A stretch of 64,000 nt of DNA from Leucoraja ocellata. Its lineage: Eukaryota. Shown here in pieces: positions 38,113-49,859 of the stretch (position 1 is its first letter; every line of letters begins with the position of its first letter). The DNA is taken from contig JAWMAR010000424.1 of assembly GCA_036785375.1 (NCBI GenBank), forward strand, positions 310,001-374,000. Direction: 5' to 3'. A program made the translations under genes and the position numbers. The notes below the pieces were generated by a model. It was not told the origin of the DNA. It saw only the letters and a program-made list of their open reading frames with translations, and searched no databases.

Positions 38113-39525
38113 TAGAAACATAGACATAGAAACATAGAAAATAGGTGCAATAGGGGGCGATTCGCCCCTTCGAGCCGGCACCGCCATTCATTGTGATCAT
38201 GGCTGATCGTCCCCAATCAATAGCCCCTGCCTGCCTTCTCCCCATATCCCTTGATTCCACTAGCCCCGAGAGCTCTATCTAACTCTCTCTTAAATCCATC
38301 CAGTGACTTGGCCTCCACTGCCTCCTCTGTGGCCGGGAATTCCACAAATTCACAACTCTCTGGGTGAAAATGCTTTTCCTCACCTCAGTCTTCCCCTTTA
38401 TTCTGAGACTGTGGCCCCTGGCTCTGGACTCGCCCAACATTGGGAACATTTTTCCTGCATCTAGCTTGTCCAGTCCCTTTATAATTTTATATGTTTCTAT
38501 AAGATCACCATTCATCCTTGAAACCTCTAGTAAATACAAGTCTAGTCTTTTCAATCTTTCCTTATATGACAGACCGCCATCCCAGGGAACAATTTCGTGA
38601 ACCTAAGCTGCACTGCCTCAATTACAAGGATGTCCTTCCTCAAATTAGGAGAACAAAACTGGACACAATACTCCAGATGTGGTCTCACCAGAGCCCCATA
38701 CTGCAGAAGAACCTCTTTACTACTATACTGAAATCCTCTTGTTATGAAGGCCAACATTCCATTAGCTTTCTTCACTGCCTGTTGTACCTGCACGCCAACT
38801 TGCAGTGACTGGTGTACAAGGACGCCCGGGTCTCGCTGCACCTCCCCCTTGCCATTGAGATATTAATCTGCCCACTTGTTTTTGTCGCCAAAGTGGATAA
38901 CCTCACATTTATCTATATTATACTGCATCTGCCACGCATCTGCCCACTCACTCAATCTGTTCAGGTCACCCTGCAACCTCCTAACATCCTCTTCACAGTT
39001 CACACTGCCACGCAGCTTTGTGTCATCCGCAAACCGACCAATTTTCTATCCAAGGTACACAAAATTGCTGGAAAAACTCAGCGGGTGCAGCAGCATCTAT
39101 GGAGCGAAGGAAATAGGCGACGTTTTGGGCCGAAACCCTTCTTCAGACGTTTCGGCCCGAAACGTCGCCTATTTCCTTCGCTCCATAGATGCTGCTGCAC
39201 CCGCTGAGTTTCTCCAGCAATTTTGTGTACCTTCAATCTTCAGGAATCTGCATTTCCTTCTTGAACAATTTTCTATCCATGTCAACACCCTACCCTCAAT
39301 GCCATGTGCTCTAATTTTAGTCACCAGTCTCCCGTGCGGGACCTTATCAAAGGCTTTCTGAAAACACATCCACTGGCACCCCTTCATCCATTTTACTTGT
39401 CCATCCTCAAAAAATTCCACAAGATTAGTCAAGCATGATTTCCCTTTCATAAATCCATGTTGACTTGGACTAATCCTTTTACTGCTATCCAAATGCCCCA
39501 TTATTACCTCTTTAATAATTGACTC
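38113..39525 (-). mobile_element. CR1 fragment containing an inverted pair of Penelope pLTRs (39054-39262)
   Basis: ORFs 38279, 38551, 39169; palindromic pLTR junction at about 39147. Confidence 0.8.
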
Positions 39526-40234
39526 CAAAATTCAAAGAGCCATAGATAGGGTAGACAGTCAGAACCTTTTTCTCAGGATGTGAGATACAAATACTAGAGG
39601 GCACAGCTTTAAGTTGAGAGGGGCAATATTTAAAGGAGATATCCAGATGCACAAAGCCCCTTGCTCACATTAGGTGAATCGAGGACCAGGTTTAAGGTGA
39701 AGGGGAAAATATTTAATTGGAATCTGAGGGCTAACGTTTTCACACAAAGGGAGGTAGGTGTATGGGACAAGCTGCCAGTGGACGTAGTTCAGGCAGGGAC
39801 TAAAACAACATTTAAGAAACAGTTAGACAGGTAAATGGATGGGACTTGTTTGGAGTATTATGTAACAAACGCGGGCAGCTGGGACAAGTGTAGCTGGGAC
39901 ATATTGGCTGGTGTGGCCAAGTTGTGTAATAGGGCCTGTATCCACACTGTATCTATGACTCTGTGACTATGACTATGTGCTGCCAGGTTTGATACACAGT
40001 GGGTGGTGGGTGACTGGAACGCGCCGCCAGGGGTGGTGGTGGAGGCAGATATGATAGTGACCTTTAAGAGGCTTTTGGATAGACACACGGATATGCTGGG
40101 AATATAGGGATATGGGTTATGTACAGGTAGATAAGTGATGGTCTTGGCATCATGTTCAGCACAGACATTGTGGGCTGAAGGGCCTGTTCCTGTGCTGTAC
40201 TGTTCTATGTTCTATGTTTCAGCAAAAGCATTAC

Positions 40235-40324
40235 CTTCCTGTTTTACTGCACTTGGATTTTCCAGATTCCTTGCTTGATTTTCATTCTCATCGGGACTTC
40301 CTGTGGTGACACCTGTAACCGGCG
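40235..40324 (-). CDS. 90-nt micro-exon type B (divergent)
   Basis: ttttaatacAG / G|GTAATG; APVTGVTTGSPDENENQARNLENPSAVKQE (not in the ORF track). Confidence 0.7.
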
Positions 40325-40809
40325 CTGTATTAAAATACAAGAAGGAGTCTCACATGTAATGATGCCAACACTGCCTGAGAAAATGTATCCCAACACATTC
40401 TGAGAAGCTGGATCACAGGACTCGAACTTTTGTAGTTTCCCACCAATAATTTAAGAGCTCAAAAGAGAAGCCGGACTAAAGATCTGCAATTTGTTGCTGC
40501 AAAAGTTACGTAGAATTGTTATTTAGTTAAATACATCAATCTAGACATCAAAATTCTACTGATCCCTTCCCTGCTGTAAGCCAAATGTTTACTAGACTTC
40601 AGAATGAACATTTCTGGGCTATTCACACTGGACAAAATGTCTCTCTGTCAACCCAGGGAATATAATATGAAACAATTCAGCAAGTGCACTTAGAGTCATA
40701 GAGTCATAGAGTGATACAACTTGGAAACAGGCCCTTCAGCCCAACTTGCCCACATCGACCAACATGTCCTAGCTACACTAGTCCCAGTTACCCAGATTTG
40801 GTCCATATC

Positions 40810-43800
40810 TGTTTTGATATATGTTTGCTTACAAAATAAGTAAACTAGCACATAATATACAGAGAAAGATGGCTGCACACACACTCGTGTTGGGATCAAA
40901 ACAGGAATGATTTATTTCCAAGTCAAAGGTCCTGACTGATTTACTAAGCATGTGCACGAATGAGTACAGCTCATACGCATAAGTTACATGGATATGTCAT
41001 ATCCTTTCCTTTTTGACATTTTGGGATTACATTTCCAACGATCCAAAACAAAGTAAACTTAAACACTTTTCATAATATTACACCGTAGTAATATGGTTTA
41101 ACAACAAAATAAAACAACTGTTCTGTCTTATCTCACAATTTCAATCATAGTCACACTTGTGACATTTCAATAACATAAAATAATGTTCACATGCTTTCTT
41201 CTCATAAGCATGTAGGTACAGCGCAATGAAACACATTACTTTGTGACATACTCGCCGTACCTCTCCGCCGGGCCGACAGCTCTTCCTGCCCTAGTCTTTG
41301 TGATGGTGTTTCTTTCAAGTGTCTTCTTTTCAGTGTGTACATTCTGTGCATCACTTCTAGTTTCTTCTCTTGTGCCACTTTGTTTTTGTTTAGATTTCTC
41401 TGTGTTATGAGTTTCACAAGTTGCATCTTTTTCTGGTGATGCTTGTTGTGTTGGTATATTTTGTGTCAGCTGAGGTTGCAAAGGTTTCTCAGTCTTCTCC
41501 GCGACTGGTAGTTTCTCAGGAGTTATGTGTGGGGGTAGTTCTCCGGTCTTCTTCAGATCCACTCGTCGGATTAGAAGTCCTGACTCTGCCTCGACTTCGT
41601 ATGATCTCTCATCCAGTCGTCTCTGAACTGTTGCTCTCTGCCATCTGGTATCTTCTAGTTTATAGGGTTTGAGTCTTACAACATCACCTTCTTCCAGGAT
41701 TGGCAGATCCTTGGCATGTTGGTTGTAGATTTTTGACTGTTTTCCTTGCAAATCCTTCATCTTTTTCCTCTCTTCTGTGAGTATCTCAGCACCACGCGGT
41801 TTGAGGAGGTTTTGAACCCTGGGTTGAATTTGCTAGGACTTGGGGAAGCTTTATGCAACATTTTCACACAATATAAATTGTCCCCTCTCCAACTGTTATA
41901 ATAATTCTTTTACCTTCATAGGTGAAACGGACTTGACGACAAACAGGGACGGACTTGACGACAAATTCTTTGCAGCCCAGATTCTGTTTTGCTTTTTTTT
42001 CTAGTTTAGGGGCTTTTGTTTTTCTCTTTTTTCTTTTTTTTCTTTTTATCTTTTTGTTTTTATATATACAAGTTCTCTTTTAAACACTTAACTATATTTA
42101 CATAGAGACCGGGAGGTCTATACTCAATGTGTATTTTGACACTGGACTCATATTTAGGTTCTACTTGTTATTTATGTAATCCTGATCCCTATGTATCAAT
42201 ATCATTGTTGTGTTTATCATTATTTTAATTTTTTTTTTGTTTTGTTTTTGTTTTTGAAAAAAACGAATAAAAACATTATAAAAGCCAAAAAAATAGGTTA
42301 GATGTAGTTGGAAGTGTCTTTCTTGTTCTCCTTCCATGTAATCTTTGTTCCAGACTACTGTTCACTCCCTCAAGTCCCACTTTCTCGCATGGTTGATCTG
42401 GGAGGTCATGGGGCATCAGAGTTTCTTTCTGATTCTGTTGTTCGTGCGTCCTGCAGGCTTCACAGTTTGAAATGAACTGCTTCACATCAGAGTTCATTCC
42501 GGGCCAGAAAATGCATTCTCTAGCACGTATGGGGGTTCCTTCCACTCCCAGGTGAGAGATGTGGAGTGTCTTCTTCATATCTTTGTGTAGAGTGACAGGG
42601 ATTACAACTCTCTCTCCTGTGAATAATAGGCCGTCTTGCACACTCAACTCGTCTCTGACGTTGAAGTATGGTGGTGCTGCCTCTGGGACTTCTGCCTTGT
42701 GATCTGGCCATACATTTTGGATTACTCTCTTAACTGTTTGTAGTGTTTCATCTTCCCTGATATGGGCTTGGATGCGTTTCACCTTGTCCTCTCCCATGCT
42801 CAAGGACTCAACTACGTTGACATCAGTGAATCTGGTTGATCCTGTGGTGTCAGGGGGTATGCTCGGGAGAACATATCTGCTAGATGCATGTCGTTTCCCT
42901 TTACCCACTTGATCTTGATGTCATTGTGTAGCATCCTCATCATCATGCCATGGAAACGTCTTGATCCTCTATGCAGAGGCTTTTTGACAATGACTTCCAA
43001 CGGCTTGTGGTCACTCTGAATGATCACTCTCTGTCCGTAGGTTTTACTGATGGAAGCGCTAGAGGGCAAACACTATTGCTAGTGCCTCCTTCTCAATCTG
43101 AACATATCTCTGCTCGGTTGGTGTCAATGTTCGACTCACATAGGACAGTGGTTGTTCTTTCTGCATGAGTGTTGCACCTAGACCTTCGTTGCATCACATT
43201 GTATGGTCAGCTGTTCGTCTGGTGTGTAGTACACCAGGATAGGTGCCGTTGTCAACAGCTCCTTGATCTTTGACATTGCCATGTCATGTTCTGATGACCA
43301 TTCCCACTCTGCTTCCTTGTGGGTCAATCTCCTCAAAGGCTCGAATGTGTCCGACAACATTGGCAGGAATCTTGCCAAGTAGTTTACACTGCCTTGTAAT
43401 CTTTGGATTTCTGTTGGATTGGTTGGTTTGGGCATCTCTAGGATAGCTTGGATCTTCTTCGGATCCGGTTCCAGGCCACGATCTGTAACTATATGTCCTA
43501 AATGTGATACATGTAGTTTTCACTGCCGACTTCTTCCGGTTCAGCTTGATCGCTCTGTCTCTGTATCGTTGAAGAAGATCTTGCAGTCTTGCATCGTGAT
43601 TCATTTCTGCATCTTCTCTGGTGTCCCCTACTCCGAATAGGATGATGTCATCTGCAACACATTCCATTCCCTTTCATCCTTCTAGTGCTTGTTGCAGCTT
43701 CTTCTGGAAGATCTCTGCACTTACTTTCTGTCCAAGTGGCCACCTCTTCCAACGATATCTCACAAAAGGAGTGTTCATGATTGTTAGGAAATTGCTCTCC

Positions 43801-45522
43801 TCATCTAGTTCACAGTGGAGGTATCCTGACTTCAGATCGAATCTGGAAAAAATCTTTGCCGGACAGCCAAGGGAGTACATCCTCTATGATAAGTAGTCTG
43901 TGGATCTCCCTTTTCAGGACTTTGTTGAGGGGTCTAGGATCTATGCAGAACCTCAACTCTGTTCTGTTCTTTTACTCCGTAACGACCAGTCTGCTACACA
44001 ACTCAGTTGGTTCTTCGACTTGAGTCAAGATGTCCTGCTCGACCAGCTTCATGAGACCATTCATGACCTTCTCTTTCATGGCTACAGGTACCGGCTTTGC
44101 AGGACACTGTGATGGGGTCACATCCTCCAACCTAGTTACCAACTTGACCTTGTCAGGCAGTCTCCCAGGTCTTTCCTCATCAAAGATATCTTTGTAGCTT
44201 GAGTAATGAGCCAGCCTCGCTAACAGCATTCAGGCTCTTGAAGTTCTCGTAGTGAACCGTGATGAGTTTCATCAGTTGTGCAGCTTTGCCGCTCAGGAGC
44301 GATGTGAGCCAGCCTTCCTCTAACACTATGAGGTGAACACGGTACTTCTTGTTCTACGGCTTGAAGTACGACTTTCATCCTACCTTCTGCCAGCAGGTTG
44401 GATCCGTTGTACATCTTTAAGATGATCTTCTTTCGATTAATGTCCTCATTGTTGGGTATAAGATCCTTGGAAATCACATTAACACTAGCACCAGAGTCAA
44501 TCTGAAACATGATGGCTTCTGTGCCGACCTGCATCTCAGCAAATAGGCCTGAAGAGGAATTGTTTCCAGCTGCATTGATCTCAATGCAACTCCCAAACTC
44601 TGTGTCGGAAATGGACGTTGTGTCAGATGTCTCTACGACCTTGTGCGGACCCCGTTTCTGCATGCTCTCCTTCCTCTACGTGCAGCAGCGGGTGAAATGG
44701 TTTTGTCGTCCGCATCTGTTGCAGTCCTTCCCATACGCTGGGCATTCCTCTTTCCTACGTTTGTATCCTTGCACAAAACTTACACTTGACTAGTCCCTGA
44801 TTCTTCCTCTGCGTAGGAAAATCAACCATCTTTTCCCTCAGTTTGAATCGTTCCACCTTGTTTATTGTCGGCTCTTCGCCGATGACCTGCATTCTTGCTG
44901 CTGTTACCTCCGAGGATCTACATATGTCCACAGTCTTCTGCAGTGTCAGATTCCTCTTCTGAAGGAATGTCTTTCTAGTTGATTGGTCCTCAATACCAAT
45001 GACGATGCGATCTCGAATGAGGCTTTCGCTCAGGCACTCAGAAGTTGCATGTTTTAACAAGTTCCTTCAGCTCTGCAACATACGATTCAATGCTTTCCCC
45101 TGATTTCTGGTCTCGTTTATTGAAAATGAATCTTTCATACGTTTCATTCGTCTCTCCTATGATGATGGTCGACATCTTGTGGATGATAACTTTCACATCC
45201 GTTTCATCTGCTACCGTTTCGAATGGCAGGGTATTGAAGATTCGCAGTCCTTCCGGTCCAACAGAATGCAGGAATACTGCTATTTGATACAGTTTCTCTT
45301 TCCTATCCAGTTCTGTTATCACTGCATAATTTTCAAACATATGTCTACTTACAAAATAATTAAACTAGTACATAATATACAGAGAAAGATGGCTGCATAC
45401 ATACTCGTGTTGGGATCAAAAACAGGAATGATTTATTTCTAAGTCAAAGGTCACTGACTGACAATGAGCATGTGCAAGAATGAGTACAGCTCATACGCAT
45501 AAATTACATGGATATTGTCACA
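40810..45522 (-). mobile_element. Gypsy LTR retrotransposon, degenerate near-full-length
   Basis: TG..CA ends; 5-bp TSD ATATC (40805-40809, 45523-45527); about 190-bp LTRs; PPT AAAAAGGAAAGGA at 41002-41014; gag-PR(DSGA)-RT(ADD)-RH(CDA/DHKPL)-IN order. Confidence 0.95.
41812..42294 (+). mobile_element. L1/Tx1-type LINE 3' end inserted in the Gypsy
   Basis: FARTWGSFMQHF* C-terminus, T-rich UTR, AATAAA plus A tail, TSD AGGTT. Confidence 0.65.
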
Positions 45523-46157
45523 ATATCCCTCCAAACCTGTCCATGTACCTGTCGAACAGTGTCTTAAATTTTGTGATAGTCCCCGTCTTAACTACCTCCT
45601 CTGGCAGCTTGTTCCATACACCCACCACCCTCTGTGTAAAAAGGTTACCGCTTAGATCTTTTCCCTTTCACCTTAAACCTATGTCCTCTGGTTCTCAATT
45701 CACCTAATCCGGGCAAGAGACTCTGTGCATCTACCCGATCTATTCCTCTCATGTTCCTATACACCTCTGTAAGATCACCCATCATCCTCCTGCACTCCAA
45801 GGAATAGAGTCCCAGAGTACACAACCTCTCTCTGTAGCCCACACCCTCTAGTGTTCTGCACTATGACTCTGTGACTATGACTATGTGTGGGGCAGGTTTT
45901 ATACACAGAGGGTGGTGGGTGGTAGGTGGTGGGTGACTGGAACGTGCTGCCAGGGGTGGTGGTGGAGGCAGATACGATAATGGCATTTAAGAGACTTTTG
46001 GATAGACACATGGATATGCTGGGAATAGAGGGATATGGGTTATGTGCAGTTAGCTAATTGATGGTCTTGGCATCATGTTCAGCACAGACATTGTGGGCTG
46101 AAGGGCCTGTTCCTGTGCTGTACTGTTCTATGTTCAATATTTCAGCAAAAGCATTAC

Positions 46158-46247
46158 CTTCCTGTTTTCCTGCACTTTGTTTTTCCTGATTCTCTTTTTC
46201 CATTTTACCTTCATCAAGATTTCTTGTTGCAACATCTGAATTTGGCG
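46158..46247 (-). CDS. 90-nt micro-exon type B
   Basis: gttttaatacAG / G|GTAATG; APNSDVATRNLDEGKMEKENQEKQSAGKQE. Confidence 0.75.
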
Positions 46248-46454
46248 CTGTATTAAAACACAGCAAGGTGACAACAATTGAAGTTGAATGCATGTAGTCC
46301 CCAATAGAAAATTCCACATATTTGAGTACTATTTGTATATAATATTTGCAAGGATTAACTAAATATAAATCATGTACAGTCTGCAGACAGTGGTTGGACA
46401 TCAAATGCCACTGAAAGGCCAACAATACTCTGGATCCTTTGAGAAATGTCGTAC

Positions 46455-46544
46455 CTTCACTTGCTCCTGCATTTTGTGTGTCCTTCCTCTCTGTCTCTTG
46501 TTCACCTTCATCACAACTCCCTGTGGCAGCATCTGACTTGGGCA
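46455..46544 (-). CDS. 90-nt micro-exon type A
   Basis: tttaaatgcAG / G|GTACGA; VPKSDAATGSCDEGEQETERKDTQNAGASE. Confidence 0.7.
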
Positions 46545-47399
46545 CTGCATTTAAACAAATGAAAGTCTCTCAGATATGATAATGGCAACACAGCCTGAGA
46601 CAAGGTTTATGAGAAGCTGGATCACACCTCAAGGAACTTCATTATTCTTCCCCACAGTGAAGTCTTCATCTGCCGAAGGATCTGTATCTCACTCCTGCAG
46701 AAAATACCTTCAACTCTTCTTTACTTTGAACCTCATTTGTCCTTAGACTTTAGAGATAGAGCCCTTTGGCCCATCGAGTCTGCGCTGACCAGTGATCACC
46801 CTGTACACTAACACTATCCTACACTTTAACGACTATTTACAATTTTACCAAACACAATCAGGGTTTTCTCCGGCTGCTCCGGTTTGCTCCCGCACTCCAT
46901 AGACGTACAGGTTTGTAGGTTAATTGGCTTTGGTACAAACTGTCCCTGATGTGTGGGATAGTGCTATGTATGGGGATCAATGGTCGGCACGGACTGGGGA
47001 AGCTTGGAATACAAGAGATATTGTGGTTCCGGCTGGAGAAAAGGAGGAATGGACCAGGAAGAAGAGCTGGGATCACGTGACTCCCTGGAGGAGCACTATT
47101 TACTTCAGAAGGAAATTAGAACGAGGTAGAGAAAGTTGAGAAAGTTAAGGAGAATGCAAAGAGTTTTTACAAGTATATGAAGGGGAATAGAGAATTGGAT
47201 TAGTATAGGATGCAGAATTGGCCTGAAGTTCATAAGTTCTTGGAGCAGAATTAGGCCATTCAGCCCATCAGTATTCACTGCCATTCAATGACGGATGAAG
47301 CAGTGGAAAACACAAGGAACCGTAGATGCTGGTTTACATTAACATGGGCACAAAGTGCTGGAGTAAGTGGTTCAAGTAGCATCTGTGGAAAACATGGAT

Positions 47400-47853
47400 A
47401 TGTCATATGAGGAAAGATTGAAAAGACTAGGCTTGTATTCACTGGAGTTTAGAAGGATGAGGAGGGTTCTTATAGATACATCTCCAATTATAAAAGGACT
47501 GGACAAGCTAGATGCAGGAAAAATGTTCCCAATGTTGGGCGAGTCCAGAACCAGGGGCCACAGTCTTAGAATAAAGGGGAGGTCATTTAAAACTGAGGTG
47601 AGAAAAAACTTTTTCACCCAGAGAGTTGTGAATTTATGGAATTCCATGCGACAGAGGGCAGTGGAGGCCAAGTCACTGGATGGATTTAAGAGAGAGTTAG
47701 ATAGAGCTCTAGGGGCTAGTGGAGTCAAGGGATATGGGGAGAAGACAGGCACGGGTTATTGATAGGGGACGATCATCCATGATCACAATGAATGGCGGTG
47801 CTGTGTTGAAGGGTCGAATGGCCTCCTCCTGCACCTATTTTCTATGTTTCTAT
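47400..47853 (+). mobile_element. CR1 3' fragment
   Basis: ORF 47367-47762; tttctatg tail; absent from the 22.8-kb paralog. Confidence 0.85.
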
Positions 47854-47977
47854 GTAATCTTTCGGGTTTGGACCTTTTTTGGACTTGAGACCCTGTCTAG
47901 TAGTGTGCCTCCCATTGCTGTTTGTTATCTACATCAATGATTTAGAAGAGAATGTACAAGGCATTATTAGATATTAC

Positions 47978-48409
47978 CTGAGGTAACTTTGAGGACTGCA
48001 GTGTGCATTTCAGACCAAGTGGCACCTGGAGTCTTTGATGTGTGTTCAATATTGATCTGAGCAGCATCGTCCATGGATAAACCAGGCTGCACCTTAATAC
48101 AGCAGTGAATGTGTGGAAGACCCATATGGGTAAGTTGCAATTCAGGCTGATCTGCGGAGAAGGATATACGGGTATCTTGCTTGCATGAATGAGGTATAGT
48201 TTTCAGAGGTTGTGTCACCCTTTTAGGTCCCTGCAATTGTTCTGCTGACAACTGCCAGTGAAATAATGTATTTGTTTCCTCTCCTTTCCTCTTCAGTGAT
48301 ATAACAATATCCATTGGCACCAGAGTAGTCATGGTCACATCCCAGCTCACATCAGCAGTTTCACGATGTACAACTTCATACTCATTCTTCATACCACTTA
48401 TTGCAGGAG
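47978..48409 (-). CDS. Exon: post-TM, C1-derived Ig-like domain lacking canonical cysteines (copy D1)
   Basis: ctatctttcAG / G|GTAATA, 432 nt, phase 1-1, open: APAISGMKNEYEVVHRETADVSWDV...IKVQPGLSMDDAAQINIEH...VLKVTS. Confidence 0.8.
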
Positions 48410-48857
48410 CTGAAAGATAGACACAAAAAAATTTAAATTCAATGTAAATGTAATGTTCCATTTTACTGCATTATTGTCCAGCGCATTATTCCTTGCATAT
48501 AATTTACAAACTTCATTCATTTAAACTTAGTTTAATTTAGAGATACAGCACGGGAACATTTTGTCGACCTACTGAGTCCGTGCCCACCAGTAACCACTCC
48601 AAACACTAGTCCTATCCTAAACACTGGGGGCATTTACAGCAGCCAGCCTGTAATGACGTTGGAGCTCCCGACTCAGCCTCTCCCGAGACTGCGAGCCCTT
48701 GATGGTGAGTTCGCAGGCCGCGGTGGGAGCGATACCAGGCAAGGGATCCACTCCGATGTTAAGTCCGCGCCCCGCGGTGGGGCTCACGACAGTCCAAGGA
48801 GGCCTCCAGCTCCATCGATGGTAGGCCGCAGAGCCCGGAGAATGTGATCCGAAAATT

Positions 48858-49678
48858 GATAGAAACATAGAAACATAGAAATTAGGTGCAGGAGTAGGCC
48901 ATTCGGCCCTTCGAGCCTGCACCGCCATTCAATATGATCATGGCTGATCATCCAACTCAGTATCCCGTACCTGCCTTCTCTCCATACCCCCTGATCCCCT
49001 TAGCCACAAGGGCCACATCTAACTCCCTCTTAAATATAGCCAATGAACTGGCCTCAACTACCCTCTGTGGCAGAGAGTTCCAGAGATTCACCACTCTCTG
49101 TGTGAAAAAAGTTCTTCTCATCTCGGTTTTAAAGGATTTCCCCCTTATCCTTAAGCTGTGACCCCTTGTCCTGGACTTCCCTAACATCGGGAACAATCTT
49201 CCTGCATCTAGCCTGTCCAACCCCTTAAGAATTTTGTAAGTTTCTATAAGATCCCCTCTCAATCTCCTAAATTCTAGAGAGTATAAACCAAGTCTATCCA
49301 GTCTTTCTTCATAAGACAGTCCTGACATCCCAGGAATCAGTCTGGTGAACCGTCTCTGCACTCCCTCTATGGCAATAAAGTCCTTCCTCAGATTTGGAGA
49401 CCAAAACTGTACGCAATACTCCAGGTGTGGTCTCACCAAGACCCTGTACAACTGCAGTAGAACCTCCCTGCTCCTATACTCAAATCCTTTTGCAATGAAA
49501 GCTAACATACCATTCGCTTTCTTTACAGCCTGCTGCACCTGCATGCCTACCTTCAATGACTGGTGTACCATGACACCCAGGTCTCGCTGCATCTCCCCCT
49601 CTCCCAATCGGCCACCATTTAGATAATAGTCTGCTTTCCCGTTTTTGCCACCAAAATAGATAACCTCACATTTATCAC
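48858..49678 (-). mobile_element. Young CR1-B 3' fragment inserted in a GC-rich retroposon (48655-49857)
   Basis: Uninterrupted ORF 48957-49769. Confidence 0.9.
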
Positions 49679-49859
49679 ATCTGCGGGATGGTAAGAACTT
49701 GAAAAAACGTTTCCCCCCAATCCCCCCCCCCCCCCCCTCTCCTCCCACATAAAACATGCCAAAGAACATTAAAACAAAACTTTTAACAAACTAAAAATAA
49801 CAAAATGAAAGAAAAAACGAACAGACTGCCGGCAGGGCTGCCATCTCCCTGGCACCCGT

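Noticed and set aside
20890-46544. Regularly recurring units as a CRISPR-like or VDJ/RSS array
   Set aside because: Eukaryotic context; the units are bounded by splice sites, with no constant repeat/spacer pattern and no heptamer-nonamer RSS seen.
46625-46700. Repeated acceptor-like site (ttttctgcAG) with paralogs at about 7400, 37930-38005 and 40410-40500 as another micro-exon
   Set aside because: The phase-1 frames hit stop codons and no consistent donor is kept across copies.
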